Positions 13,390 through 27,509 are shown, counted from the stretch's first letter. The stretch: 64,000 bases of DNA from Octopus vulgaris (GCA_951406725.2 OX597823.1:43648001-43712000), one strand, 5' to 3'. The notes: generated by a model from the letters alone, not told the origin. Numbers and translations are program-made.

Positions 13390-14534
13390 GTATGTATTAT
13401 GTATGTGTGTGTGTGTGTACAAACACATGTATATATACATATATATGTATGGATATATATATGCTTATATATATATATATATATATATAAGCTTATGTGT
13501 GTGTGCATATGTGTATGTATGCATCTATGTATGTATCTACGTATGTATGTATATAGTTCCAACTCTGGGAACTTTCGTCACGAAATCAAGACGGCGTTTA
13601 TCCTCACACTCCCTGTGGATATCTTAATATAGCTGTCAAATTGATTTATCTGTCGGTTATTTTTAGAATAATTTTGGCAGCAATTTCTCAACCTAATTGG
13701 TTTGTTTCTAAAACATACAGCCCCGGTAAGAAAGCGCTTCACTTCATCATTATTCCACGCTGCATGAGTCAAGTTTAATCGACCAGATGAAGTATAGTCA
13801 CAATTATCTAAAGTAACGATGCAAATAAGCATTTAAATGCAATCATGGGTTGTGTGGAAGGGGCGGGAAGATGGGGGCTGTTGGTTTCAGTCCGTAATGA
13901 CCAGTGAATGATACTAGTAAAAATAATAATAATAGTAATAATAATAATAATAACAACAACAACAGCAACAATAACAACAACAATAATAATGATGGTCATG
14001 ATGATCATGATGTTGATGGCTGAGCGACCGCCTTTAAGATATTTTCCTCTGAATGTGCATCTCATTTCTCTTATTTAAGATCTCAATATTTATCGAGAGT
14101 TATATTTCGTTTACTTAGTTCAGTCGAATGATTTCAGAGAAAACGATGGCTCGTCGCACAAAGGGTGAAGGAATGGATTCTGAGATGGATGGATGCATGG
14201 ATGGATATAAGTTCACACTACTCATATTTACTATCAAATCAGTCTGAGACAAATTTCTTTGAGTTCGATTCGGAGTGATGCGCTATCATTGCATTTTTAC
14301 ACAAAATGTGCGTTGAATACAGTTTTGAATTTAAAAGAAAATCATATGCATAGCTGTGTGAGCAAGAAGCTTGGTTTACAACCAAAACATCTCGAGTTCA
14401 GTCCCACTGCTCGGCATCTTGGGAAATTTTCTACCATAGCAATGCATTTCGCGTACATTTCGTGCACGGAAACAAGAGAAGCCTGTCGTAGATATATATT
14501 TTTTTCTCTCTACATTTATTTATCTACGTGTTAA

Positions 14535-14902
14535 GAAGCTTAATTCCCAACCACACGGCTCCTGGTTCACTCTCACTGCGTGGTAACTTAGGCAGGTATC
14601 TTCTGCCAACCAAAACCTTGTGAGCGGATTTGGTTGACGGAAACTGAAAAAAAAGCCGTCAAACATATGTGTGTGTGTTTGTGCGAATGTGTGTGTGTGT
14701 GTATGTCTTTGTGTCCCCCCCCCCCACCATCGAGTGACAACCGATGTTGGTGTATTTATGCACCCGTTATCTAGCAGTTCGGCAAAAGAGAGCGATAGAA
14801 TAAGTACTAGGCTTACAAAGAATAAGTCTTGGGATCGATATCTTCGACTGAAATACTTTAAGCTCCAGCATGGCTGCAGTCAAATGACTGAAACGTAAAA
14901 GA
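14535..14902 (+). mobile_element. tRNA-type SINE, family B
   Basis: Contains gatagaataagtactaggcttacaaagaataagtc and ccagcatggctgcagtc, shared with many copies in the window. Confidence 0.8.
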
Positions 14903-15577
14903 ATATATATATATATCATCTTCTATTCTATATTAATTTGAAGATACCATGTGTTACATGTGCTGCAATACGATGCAATCGTATTTTCGTTTTGTGAAGT
15001 GAAGTTTGATGGTATACCGATTTTTATTAAGCTTGGTAGTACGATGAAATAAAGCCACATGATTGAATTTAGAAGCAACAAAAATGAATTACGGGATTTA
15101 TTTTCTATTTTTTAGATATTTAACTTTAGAACATTCAATATGGTGCGTAGAAGACAACAGAATGCTCATCTGAAAACCGAAATTCCAGAGGTCGAAGGGT
15201 TAGAAAAACACAAGAAAAAAAGCAGGAATGGCTCTAATCTCAGAGACAACGAAATGTGGAGACACAAGAGCAACCAGGCAAGCCCACTAGAGGGAGCGAA
15301 AGGCACCTGAGCAGAAACGTCAGAAACTGGAGTATCAAGCCGATAGGCAAGCTTGCCTGTGGAAGCACGTAACAGCAGAACAGAAACGACGGAAGTTGAA
15401 ATCTGAAGCCGATAGAAATACCACGCTTAAGAGAACAAGTGTTAATAGTATAACTTCAAAGTAACGCAGCCAGGTTAGTATTTAGAACTTTTTCTCGTGA
15501 ACAGTGGCAACTTGCAGCCTTTAACTACGATACATGCCTTATGAAAACATTTGAGTACAGTACAGATCGGGCGACTG

Positions 15578-15661
<84 letters not shown>

Positions 15662-15664
15662 AAT

Positions 15665-16440
15665 CTAGAAAAAGAGAAATTGTCTGGTTCGCCCCTCCCC
15701 CATTTTTCTCAGAGTCAAAATTTACTAAATCTGTTCTTTAAGATTTTGAAAATATATTTTTCCAAGCACCACAAATATTACCCCATATTTAACAGACACA
15801 CTATAAAATTATCTTACTCTACCACGCCGAATTTGGGATCTATAATTGCATCCTCACATATAACTAAAAACTTAGATCACCATAAGTTAACGCATATAAG
15901 TCCAAATAAAATTAATATAACACAATAGTAAGTGTAAATCTAAACGCAATCAATCCCGACACAACTTTAATAAATCCCAGTAAAATTAAAGATAGGAAAT
16001 CAAAAACGTGTAACTATAAGGGCCCCGAATTATGTCAGGTTGCTGGATTTTGTTTACATAGAAATGTAATTTATAAATGCAGTGTGGCAAATCACAAGCG
16101 CCAGATAAGGATATACATAGGAATCACTATAATTTTTAAGAGACGATATAAAACCCATTTAAATTCCTTCAGTAAGCTAAAATATAAAAACTCAACAGCA
16201 CTAGCGAGATACATTAATCATTTAAAATTACAAAACATCAGTTACACATTATATTGGTCTATTATAGATAAGTCTCGCCCCTTCATACAACACGATTATG
16301 GGCAGAGTTGAATGTGCATAAAAGACTAATACACTATTCTCCGCCTGTATAATTCTACTGTATTAAATAAATTTTCCGATGCTATTTATACGTGTAACCT
16401 CAGATATTTCTCAACTGTCATGAGACTTTGAATGTACTTA
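15665..16440 (+). pseudogene. Penelope-like element linker and GIY-YIG endonuclease relic
   Basis: IFNRHTIKLSYSTTPNL, a Cys-rich linker, NVIYKCSV...IYIGIT..FKRRYKTHLNSF...STALARYI...WSII, with frameshifts. Confidence 0.85.
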
Positions 16441-16894
16441 TTAAGTTACGCCGCACAACTTAACATCATATTGCCAACTTAAATATATATTTTAACAAAG
16501 AGACTAAATAATCTAACTTTTACTCCCATCTGCCCTCATGTAGACTTCCACCATTTGCATAGATATATCTGTTCCACCATACAAAGCATGCAGTTACCTC
16601 ATACCTTCGCATTATTTTCTCTTCACTATAATTTTAATTCTTTATAAAAAAAAGTTTTTATCAATAATCCCATACTACAGTATATTATTACTCTGTTTTT
16701 ATATTCATATATTTATATCTCCATATATATATATATTTAATAATCATATATTTTTTACATTTTTACATGTATTTTATATGTATTTTTAGTATATCAATAT
16801 ATTTTTTTGGACAATTTTTATCTTAAATTAAATCCGTATACTTATATGTTCATTCTAGTTTGCCTGATTTGAACTTTCTCCATTCCATTTATTA

Positions 16895-18177
16895 CGAGGG
16901 GCGTTCAATAAGTAATGCCTCTGACCCACTTGCAGTTGTTTGATCTAGCTGACATTTTGCATGTGCAGTTACCTATATCTCTATAGATTAAGTGGCAAAT
17001 TACAGCTCTGAACTAAATGGGGTTTCTGATTTACAGGTGTTTGAACTGAGTCAAGTGTGAAACGGAGCCTGTTGAGTGTCGAGCAGTGATGCGGTTTTTG
17101 TATTTGAAAGGACGCACACCACGGGAGACTTTTGATGAAATAAAAGTAACTTATGGTGATGATGCCCCATCATATGACCTTGTAAAACGCTGGCATCGTG
17201 AATTCAAACATGGTCGGAACTTTGTGGAAACAGCTCCCAGATCTGGTCGCCCCTTCTGCCATTGATGAGGCATCTGTCCGTCAAGTTGAAGCTGCCATTT
17301 TGGAAGATCGACGCATAACTATTCGCCAAATAGCCCATGAGGTCAAGATTAGTACCGGGTCTGTGGAAACTATCATTCATGACCATTTGCATATGCAAAA
17401 GGTGTCTGCCAGATGGATTCCCAGGCTGCTCACACCTTTCCAGAAGCAAGAACGCGTCGATAGCGCGAGGATGAATTTGAAGATGTGCCAAGAAGATGAG
17501 TCAAAATTTTTCAAAAGACTGATTACACAGGATGAAACCTGGGTCCATCACTATGGTCCAGAGACCAAAGCCCAGTCAATGCAGTGGAAGCACCGTGACT
17601 CACCCCCTCCAAAGAAGGCAAGGGTGTAGCCCTCCGCTGGCAAGGTCACGCTCACAGTCTTCTGGGACCAACACGGAGTAGTGATGACAGATTTCTTGAC
17701 AAAGGGTGCCACAATTACAGGAGTATTATGCTTCACTTTTGAGGAAATTAAGAGAAGCTATCAAAATCAAGAGGCGGAGCAAGATCAGCAAAGGCATCCT
17801 CCTCCTGCAGGACAACGCTCCGATCCACAACTCGCGTGTCGCCAGATCAGAAGCACAGGCGTGCGGCTATGAACTCATCCCCCATCTCCTGACCTGCACC
17901 CTCTGATTTTCACCTCTTCCCAGCCATGAAGTTGTTTTTGAAAGGAAAGCGTTTCCCAGATGATGCAGCCTTGATTTCTGAAGTCACGTCGTGGTTGGAG
18001 GACCAAGCTGGGGTCTTCTACAAAAACGGTCTTCAGAGCTGCATCAAACGATGGGAGAAATGCGTAACTCTGGGTGGTTCCTATGTAGAAAAAGACTAAT
18101 AAAATAACTGTGCCAAGTTTCGTTGCTCTACTGCTATGGGAAGTGGGTCAGGGGCATTACTTATTGAACGCCCCACG
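16895..18177 (+). mobile_element. Full-length mariner transposon (1283 bp)
   Basis: 37-bp TIRs (cgaggggcgttcaataagtaatgcctctgacccactt and its inverse, 2 mismatches). TA TSD at 16893-16894 and 18178-18179. Confidence 0.95.
17062..18099 (+). pseudogene. Mariner transposase, inactivated
   Basis: Start codon appears as ACG. Motifs ARWIPRLL, ITQDETWVHHY, LLQDNAPIH and a frameshifted SPDL.PSDFHLF, ending YVEKD*. In-frame TAG at 17627 and several frameshifts. Confidence 0.93.
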
Positions 18178-18261
18178 TATATTTGTTTAACGTCTCAGGT
18201 TCAATGTGAGAACTTCTATGCGGTCTGTATCTTTCGTAAGAAAAATATAACTATATATATA

Positions 18262-18635
18262 TCTATTATATAAAATCCTTTCAGTGTGTCTGCGTGTGTG
18301 TCTTCTAGGATCTCGGCCATCCTCCATCCGATTGCGCTCAAATTTGATATGTAGATACCGACGGTATCAGGGCTTGTATAAGTCTTGCAAAAATTACAAA
18401 AATCGATTCCAGGTGAGAATGTGATGGATAAAGCCGTGGGAACGTGCATTTTGACGCGCAAGTACATAAAAAAGTCTATCTTTAGTTCTTCTCTTGCTGG
18501 TGTCTCACATTTAGGTTAAATCAGTGTTTCTCAAAGGGGAGGATTATTGGACGGTCGGACAAGACGTTTTGAGAAAATGTGGTTTAAATGTTTGACAACT
18601 CAGCACCGTCCAATGGACAAGAGGCGTTTTGCTCA
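18262..18635 (+). mobile_element. Helitron-type 5' fragment
   Basis: A|TCtattatataaaa...gtgtgtctgcgtgtgtg start resembles the other Helitron 5' ends. No CTAG end found. Confidence 0.5.
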
Positions 18636-19254
18636 TATATATATATATACATTTGATTTTGTTACCGAACGACGAATTTTTATTAACATATTACAAGTAA
18701 TCATTTAAGGGAAGTTAAGGATTTCTGTGTACTTCTTAAAAGCTTTTGTTTCGCTAAAAGATCTCAACTCAAAACACTTGGAAGGTAAATGCATAGCAGT
18801 AACATGTGGGTGTATGCGTGTGTGCATGCGTGCATGTGTGTGCGCGCGCGCGTGTGTGTGTGTCTCTGTGTGTGTGTTTGTGTGTGTCTGTATGTTTGTA
18901 TGAATGTATATCTGTATGCATGCATGTTTGTATGTATGTATGTATGTATATATGTATGTCTATATCTACGTGTGTTTCTGTTTGTGCTCAAACATCTCTT
19001 GACAAACGGTGTTGGTTTGCTTACGTTCCTGTAACTTAGCGAAAAGTAACGGAAGCAATAACTGCTATGTATTAAAATAAGTACGGGGACGATTTGTTTG
19101 ATGAAATCCATTAAGTGGAGTGGACAGCAATCGAAACAGATTGAAGCATAAAGAAATGCGTGTGTGGGGGTTGTAGAAAGATAGGAAGTGAGGGTAAGGC
19201 GTGTATGGATGGATAGGTGATAGATGCAAATGAATATTATATCTATCTATCTAA

Positions 19255-19329
<75 letters not shown>

Positions 19330-19332
<3 letters not shown>

Positions 19333-19725
19333 TTATATATAAAAGTAAGGTTGTGTGCTGTCTGTCTCCTACGATTTAGATTCCTAACTACTCCCACATT
19401 TTGCGGTGCAGTTTAACCAAAACCGGGTATCTTATAGTCGTGATTCATATCGAGCCCTTCTTGGTATTAGCGCGTGTCTACGATGAATCTACGATTTAAA
19501 AAAAATTTACCATCAATTTTTCCCATTTTAATGCATTTTTGGCATATATAAGGGAAGTAACTCTCTAATGGTTTATTATTAAATCTCAGAACGTAAATCG
19601 CTACAGTAACACCCCCCCCTTTTGTGGATAACCATATTGAGATGGCTATTATACTTCACATCTCTAAAAATGCTTATATAGTTATTTCCTTTACAAACCC
19701 GAGCAACGCCGGGCAATACTGCTAG
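19330..19725 (+). mobile_element. Short non-autonomous Helitron (~396 bp)
   Basis: 5' ~230 bp closely match 2730-2960. The 3' end is cccgagcaacgccgggcaatactg-CTAG|T. Inserted in a (TA)n tract. Confidence 0.9.
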
Positions 19726-20421
19726 TATAATATAATATAATATAATATAATATATCATTTTATATCATTTTATATCATATAATATTATATTATATTATAT
19801 CGTATTATATGATTGTGTGTATGTACGTATCTGTGTAGTTATTTGGCCTGTAATGATCAAATTGATTATAATAAATACTTAATTATATTAAACATTACAT
19901 ATGATTAGCTGTGAGGTCTCTGATGTATCATCCCAACGTCAGTCAAGCGAATCCAACTTGGGAATTGAAACTAATTCAGGAAAAACATTAAATACGATGA
20001 ATTCACTCATGCGTGTACAATATAAACAAGCCTTCTTGCCTCAAAAATAACCATTTTCTATTTGTCATTTTCCCCCTTTTATCTCCAATGTCTTCGGAAT
20101 TACCGAGACACATTCAGTCATGCTTGAAATATATATTACCTAATTGCTAACTTTTGAAATTAGAATTCAAAAACAGACAGCCCAAAAAAGGCAACGGTTT
20201 AAATTATATCTTTTATGTGTGTATCTATTTGTTTACACCTCTGGTAAGATTGATATGAATCCAATGTAACACAAGGGATTAAAAAAGAATAAAAGCAATC
20301 AAATAATTTCGAAATACATTGTGTGTGTGTGATGTGTGTGTGTGTGTGTCTGTAAATATACATACACACATACGCACGCATGCACACGTATATATATATA
20401 TATATATACTTAAATACATAC

Positions 20422-20470
<49 letters not shown>

Positions 20471-20529
20471 AACATATAAATACACATATATATATGCATA
20501 GACACACACACACGTATATATATATGTAT

Positions 20530-20572
<43 letters not shown>

Positions 20573-21178
20573 GAGTGATACATATACACACACATATATA
20601 ATTGATTTTGATTAGACATATATAGCCACATTTTGAAAAACAAAATTTGAAAAAATTAATTGATCCATTGTATTATTGATAAAGATTTATCAGATATCAA
20701 TGGATCAATGAAAGAAATTATTTCCCCGGCGTTCTCCTGGTATTGTGGTAATGCTATCTGTTTCCTCTTCGCCTCGAGCTGAGTTCGATCTCACTACAAT
20801 GCAGAGCATGTGACTCATACTATAGCTCTTGTTGAATAATATTATGAGTATAATTTGAATGAGCAAAATTGTGCAGAAACCAGTTGAGTATATGTCTTAA
20901 TGTGAACAAGCGCGTTAATGTGGAAACACGAGGAGATGGCAATGATCAGACAAATAAGAAAGTTATCAATAAATGTTGTAGAAGATAAATTACTCGCTAA
21001 AATTGAAGCTGAGAATATGATTGGCGACTTGAATTTTGCACCAGTGTGATCACTGTTTTGCCAGTTGATTGCACAAGCGTGAAATTCGAGTAACAAGACA
21101 AACTCTATTAATTAAAAATATATACATACATACACGCGTGCGCACGTCACTCACCACACGTAGAAACACACATATATG

Positions 21179-21215
<37 letters not shown>

Positions 21216-21496
21216 TTATGTGTGTATGTGTGTGTGAGTGTATGTGTGTATGTTTATATATACATATATATATGTATATACATATACATATATATACATA
21301 CATATGTATATATGTATATATATGTATGTATATATATATATATCTATGTGTGTGTGTGTGTGTGTGTGTATATACATATGTATGGATATACATATAGGTA
21401 CATATATACATATATATATAGTTGGAATTTACGAAAGAAAAACAAAAAAAACAAATGACGAAAAGTATTAGTTTAACGCCCGGGAAGTGAGAATGT

Positions 21497-21532
21497 CTTT
21501 TACATTTCGAGCCTACGCTCTTCAACAGAAAG
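21497..21532 (-). ncRNA. Hammerhead-like motif, CUGUUGA variant
   Basis: Reverse complement reads ctgttga-a-gagc(gtag)gctc-gaaatgtaa. Same family as 58262. Confidence 0.4.
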
Positions 21533-21751
21533 GAACACAGAAATAAGCAGAGATAGAAAATAAGAAAAGGTTTATTGCCTACATATAGGTATGAAAAGGT
21601 TGTATTAGATTCGTCCTTTAATTTGGAGGTTTCTAAAAAAAGGTTTCTAATATTGATTCATCATATTTTGCTGGTAGTTTACAGTCTGTATGAATTAAAA
21701 TTCTTGTATATATACTTTAACATTTTCTCTTCTCCATAAATTCACAATACA

Positions 21752-21817
<66 letters not shown>

Positions 21818-21837
21818 GCACACACATATTTTTTAGT

Positions 21838-21962
21838 TGTTCTATTCGTTTATTTGACTGCAGCCATACTGAACAAATCAACCCCAGGACTTATTCTTTG
21901 TAAGCCTAGTATTTATTCTATCGGACTCTTTTGCCAAACCGCTAAGTTACGAGGGCGTAAAC
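21838..21962 (-). mobile_element. SINE family B fragment
   Basis: ccccaggacttattctttgtaagcctagtatttattctatcgg core. Confidence 0.7.
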
Positions 21963-21987
21963 GCAAATGCTTACATACACACACACG

Positions 21988-22032
<45 letters not shown>

Positions 22033-22135
22033 CAACAACGCTATTGTTCATGTTAGTGATTTATATTGTGAAAGAATAGTGAATATTGCTAAATTAGTAA
22101 TAAACTTATACATCAAGATATAAAGAAACAATACA

Positions 22136-22194
22136 AAATAGAACGAAGCACTCTACCTTCATGGCTATAAAGCTAGAGTGCTTCGTTCTTATTT
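22136..22194. other. Compact hairpin with a perfect 16-bp stem
   Basis: agaacgaagcactcta (22140-22155) pairs with tagagtgcttcgttct (22174-22189), extendable on both sides. Confidence 0.9.
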
Positions 22195-22702
22195 CCCTAC
22201 ATTTTCAGAAGTAAACACATTTGGGGCTGAAACTATTGTCTTGCTTTATTCATTATCAACAATGTCTGAAGAGCGGTCAAATAACTTGAAATAGGAACGA
22301 ATGATCTTATTTACCGGTGTATAGCACACTTTTTTGTTTATTTTAACTGTATGAAAATATTGACCTACACTTAATGCGGTGGTGTTACGGATGAAAGACT
22401 GGGTGTTATAAGGATCCAGATAAGCATAAGTCCACTTGGTCCAATGATTATTACTAATAATAAAATACTAGAAACAAACTTAAGTGTTCATAGATTGTTA
22501 GCACAGACATACGTAAAATTGCTTATTCTACGTCAGCAGTTATGTGATAAGATCACCTCATTTCTATTACGTCTTTCCCCAGCACATCCAATCTACAACT
22601 GATATATGTCTTACATTATTTAAGGAAACATTCTTTTAAATTTTCTATATAAAAATTCTAGTAGAAAGATGAAAGAACGATAAATTTTCATCCAAATATT
22701 AG

Positions 22703-22866
22703 ATCTTTGTAATGAGTGGATTATAACAAAAACTTTTGTGGCCGAGCGCGGTAACAGAAAGTATCACAACCAGAAATATATCCCGCATGACTATTGTTTT
22801 GAGCAAAATATAAACAACTATGGAGTTGATCTGAAAGATGAAGCTGAATTACGCTACATTCACAAC
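22703..22866 (+). CDS. Putative coding exon A of an unknown membrane-protein gene (xLCNEWIITKTFVAERGNRKYHNQKYIPHDYCFEQNINNYGVDLKDEAELRYIHN)
   Basis: tattag| acceptor, AAC|gtaata donor, open non-repetitive frame, phase 1 to 0. Confidence 0.45.
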
Positions 22867-24391
22867 GTAATATATTTTTGTTTAATTTACAGTTCCAAAC
22901 TTTATTCCAGCATACTGTTATAACGTCGTACTTACATGCACAGAAACATGCAATTTCTTCCTCACAAAACATCTTTCAATAAATGTATGCTGAAACTTTA
23001 ACTCTAGAATGACAGAAATTAGAACTTATAATTTCAACAAGAAATCAAACATTTTATACGAGACGAAAAATTTGATGCTGTATGCTCATGATTTTCTCGA
23101 ACATATTTGTGAATTGATATTTCAACAGGAATCAAAGCTACTTCACAGACACAAGTCATGAACTTGACAGAAGTTCTCGGTTTGTCTGAAGTATTCATTC
23201 TCCTCGACGACGGCTTTCTACTACCACAACTCACTGCTTGTTACAATAATTTCGTGATGAATGCCAGTACCGCAAATTTTACAAAATGAAGAGCAATTAT
23301 ATAACATGCAATTGAAAATTGCCTCCACCTCTCCTTTCTCTTTTACTGTTTCATTTCATTTCCGTCTTACAGTATTTTTCGTGTTAATATTGATAGTTTT
23401 GTTTGAATTTGCCGCTGCTGCTGCTCTTGCGGTTGATTTCGTGATTCTTGGTGATTTTGTTGTTTGAAGACTTCAATATGTCAGTCGATAATTCGCAGCT
23501 AACGAAAGTCTTCGTTTTATCCTGTTTTAGTTAACATTGAATTTAATTATGTTTTAATTGCTTTTTATTTTCTGATATCTTCCGATTTAATTTTTCGATT
23601 AGTCAATCATCTCCTCTCCTTCCAACTTTCTCTATCTTCGACTTTCTAAATTATATGGAGAAACTACATCACTGCCTGACATGACTACATGACATTATTA
23701 TCATCACATCACTACACCGCTGTAATACCAATCCTTATAAGCATACCGCTACACTACCAGGTGTCATTGTGTTACCAAACCTAATAACTTAGATTTAGGT
23801 GTTCCCTCGTCGAACAACATATGGTGCAAAGTACTCCAGCTGCGACGCTTTTGCACTTTGAACTCTTTTCATAGCTTGAGGATTTTCTGGGGACAGTGTG
23901 CTAACCTGAAGCCCAGCCCTTTGCATCTATGAAAGAGATTGTAAGTGGAGCTGTCTCTGTTGACTACAAGCTGATGTCTACGAAACATACTATAGGTCAT
24001 CTTCAATCGTGGACACCTAATCGTTGGTCTTTCTGAGACTCCTTCGCTGCGACCGAGCTCCGTTGCCGCAGCTCTTATGTCCACCCTGTAATGCAGTGTC
24101 AATGCCCGCCAGCTAAGGTGGTGTACCGAAGTTAGGAATTTGAAGCAAACACACGAGAGAATTAGAGGTGAGTGAGACACAGTGATACCCGTCCAATCTA
24201 CCAGGTAGGGAGTAGCGTGCGAGGCAGCAAAGGTACTATGTCTACCCAGAGCACCCTACATCCTAAACCAAGGTGATATTATGTGTCAAAAACTATACTC
24301 ATACTACATATGCCAAGTAGGAAAAAGCATGAGGTCAAAATGTTTGTAAAGAAAGATTACAACAATAGCAGTAATTAATTTTATAAGGAAA

Positions 24392-24775
24392 CTAGCAGTA
24401 TCGCCCGGCGTTGCTCAGGTTTGTAAGGGAAATAACTATAAAGCATTTTTAGAGAGTTATAGCCAAAAAATAGCAAAAAAAATGGGAAAAAAATGATGGT
24501 AAATTTTTTTTTAGTTAAAAAAGGTGGAGTTGCGCCCCCTAGACAGTTTGCGGTTTGCGTTTCTGATTCTCGACCCCATGTCGAATTTATCGATTTTTTT
24601 CAGAACTGGGGGAACTTTTGAAAATTTTCGCTGCGTTAGTTTTGAATTATGACATTGGGCTATGTATGTGTCAAGTTTCATCAGAATCGGTTGAAAGCCG
24701 TGGTCAGGGTGAGGGTACAAGCAAACAGACACACAGAAACACGCACAGACAAACTGCCGTTTATATATAGAGAGA
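24392..24775 (-). mobile_element. Short non-autonomous Helitron
   Basis: A|CTAGcagtatcgcccggcgttgctcagg is the inverse of the 3' end at 19698-19725. The opposite end is a TC...tatatataaa-type 5' end with a different body. Confidence 0.85.
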
Positions 24776-25168
24776 TAAATAACATGACACAAGTGTTCAC
24801 TTATTCCCAATTATGATAAACAGGACCTAGCGAAAGTGCAATAAAAATAACTACTATATTTTTACAAAGAAAAAGTGTTACAAGCAGCAGGCACTAGCGA
24901 AAGAATATGACTTTGTAACATGTACCATGTTTTCACTTATTCTTTGGGTGCATGTGTAATGACAAACAGACACACACATCCTCTCTACCTTCTCGATTTT
25001 GACCGTGGTGGGTTAAAGGCGAAAGGCCAGAGAGTGTGACGGCTGAAGAGAGACAGACTATGAGGGAGACTGCTTCAGCACCCTGACTGCTAATCATTGC
25101 AGTTGAGTACACTGGAGGAAGGTAAAATAAATTTACCTTCTCAAGAAACTATCGATGAATGATAGAAT

Positions 25169-25525
25169 TGGCAGTGTTTCAGTGAGTCATAGGATCGCGG
25201 TTTCGATTCCCAGACCGGGCGCTGTGAGTGTTTATTGAGCGAAAACACCTAAAAGCTCCACGAGGCTCCGGCAGGGGATGGTGGTGATCCCTGCTGTACT
25301 CTTTCACCACAACTTTCTCTCACTCTTACTTCCTGTTTCTGTTGTACCTGTATTTCAAGGGGCCGGCCTTGTCACTCTCTGTGTCACGCTGAATATCCCC
25401 GAGAACTACGTAAAGGGTGCACGTGTCTGTGGAGTGCTCAGCCACTTACACGTTAATTTCACGAGCAGGCTGTTCCATTGATTCGAATCAACCGGAACCC
25501 TCATCGTCGTAACCGACGGAGTGCT
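25169..25525 (+). mobile_element. tRNA-type SINE, family C
   Basis: B-box ggtttcgattccc near 25199 and a GC-rich body. A related degraded copy lies at about 46045-46310. Confidence 0.7.
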
Positions 25526-25746
25526 TCCCCCCCCCCCATTCTTTGTGTAATATGACAAAGTCACTTTAATACCGATTGTATTACCCAAAACGTTGAAGTC
25601 CCTTGTACTGAAGTTAGACATTATTATTACTATTACCACCATATGTATCAACTTAAATTATCGTCAACATCATTACGGCTAGTACTGTTGCGATTTAAAA
25701 TATTTATTATTATTTACCCAACCCGACCTAACTCTTCAACGCAACC

Positions 25747-25784
<38 letters not shown>

Positions 25785-26820
25785 TACTCACTTTCTCTCC
25801 TCTATCTCTCTCTCTCTCTGTCACTCACTTTCTCTCCTCTCTCTCTCTCTCACACACACACACTAACACACTGAGCTGGACAATACTTCCCCTTTCCTTC
25901 TAGAGTTCATAACAGATTAACAGTGAATTTTTTTCGCATTTCATGTCTTACGCTCTAACTCTGACCGCTTACAAAAGAGATGAAACTTTTTTAGCCAACT
26001 TGTTAGTGATGCAATGATTTTATATTGTGTGACAGTAAATGTCTTATCTTACTAATTTTTTTCTGAACTAGACGCCATGTCACTTTAGCGTAGTGGAAGG
26101 TACACTCATATATAATCGATTTGTTTGATCTTGCTCTATTACTGATAGTCCTCAATCAAACTAACATGAAAAGACATGGATGCAGCGGGTGTGTGCTATA
26201 GATATACACGCTCTTTGATGTTGTGGAATATTTCTACCCCTTTATAAAATATCTTGGGAGGTCTAGCCAATAGAAAATATTTAAGTTTATCGGATCTTTT
26301 TGATATTTAGCTCTAAAGCAGTCGTCACAAGCAGAGCTATGATCAATAATAATTGTTGCTGTAATGATACCTTCCCTTCTTTTTCGCAATCAAAGTTCAT
26401 TGAGAACTAGACTATCTACGGGTATTTTGATTACTATTTATAGAAGAACGAGTGATCTGCAATGCGCTAAAAAATAAATTATAAAAGGACACACACAGAA
26501 CAGAGCAGTTATAAAGTTTTTACGGGGTTTGACACGATAAAATAATGAATAACCAGGCTACTTTTATCTTGTAATTAAATCAGTTGATAATGCCTTTATC
26601 TAAAAAGTATTCAGACCAAAGACAACGGAAGATGTTCTGGTATCAAGATCTAAGAATACTTTCGGTAATTCCCCAAAATGTCCAGTCAGTTCTTTTTGGA
26701 AATGAATGCAATTCAACAAAGGAATTTTATAGAATTTTATAGATCACAGTGTATTATATATGTGTGCGCGCACGCGTGTATGTATCAGTGTGAATGTGCC
26801 TATCTGTGTGTGTATACATG

Positions 26821-26948
<128 letters not shown>

Positions 26949-27008
26949 GTGTGTACATATATATGTATATGCATATATATATATATATGTACATATATAT
27001 GTATATGC

Positions 27009-27039
<31 letters not shown>

Positions 27040-27114
27040 AAGAGAGAGAATAGGGGTGGACAAAGAGAGAGCGAGACAAATATAGAAGCACATGAACATG
27101 TTTTTCTGCGTCAG

Positions 27115-27154
27115 CATAAAAATTGCTCGGTTTTCTTCTCCTTTTTGTATAAGT
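27115..27154 (+). CDS. Putative coding exon B ([13 protein letters not shown]+)
   Basis: tttttctgcgtcag| acceptor, consensus |gtaagt donor, phase 0 to 1. Confidence 0.45.
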
Positions 27155-27509
27155 GTAAGTCCCTTGGCTTGTGGAGATAAGGTCAGATAATGATCGTTTA
27201 GTCAGGCAATCATCGTTTTGAGGACAGCTAGAAAACCAGAAACATGCGTCTACGATTGTCCTCTCATCTCCACCTATTAAGCCTGCCTTTTTGCTTAAAT
27301 CATATCAATTTTAGACAATGCTTGAATATTGGGATTATCTCCCCTTATTATATGGAGTTGGACTTAAATGTTATTTGGTAATTATGATACATCGCGTAGA
27401 GACAGAGAGGGTTTGAACAAATCAAGAAATAATGTTGTATGGTATATGTCTGTGTTGCTTAAATACATCCCACTGGACACTCTAAATTACTTCTCTTAGC
27501 ACACTTTTG

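Noticed and set aside
20900-21050. Short ORF MWKHEEM...DKLLAKIEAENMIGD
   Set aside because: No good splice context. It may be a TE relic but is too degraded to assign.
22209-22316. Candidate first coding exon (ATG ATC TTA TTT ACC G|gtgtat) for the membrane-protein model
   Set aside because: The phase fits but the donor is weak, and an alternative near 14147-14164 fits equally well, so no choice is possible.
25190-25215. tRNA genes suggested by B-box motifs
   Set aside because: No cloverleaf structure. The motifs are heads of SINEs.
26150-26740. Possible host exon
   Set aside because: All frames are interrupted, and an FDVVE..YP-like patch suggests a decayed Penelope RT too weak to call.
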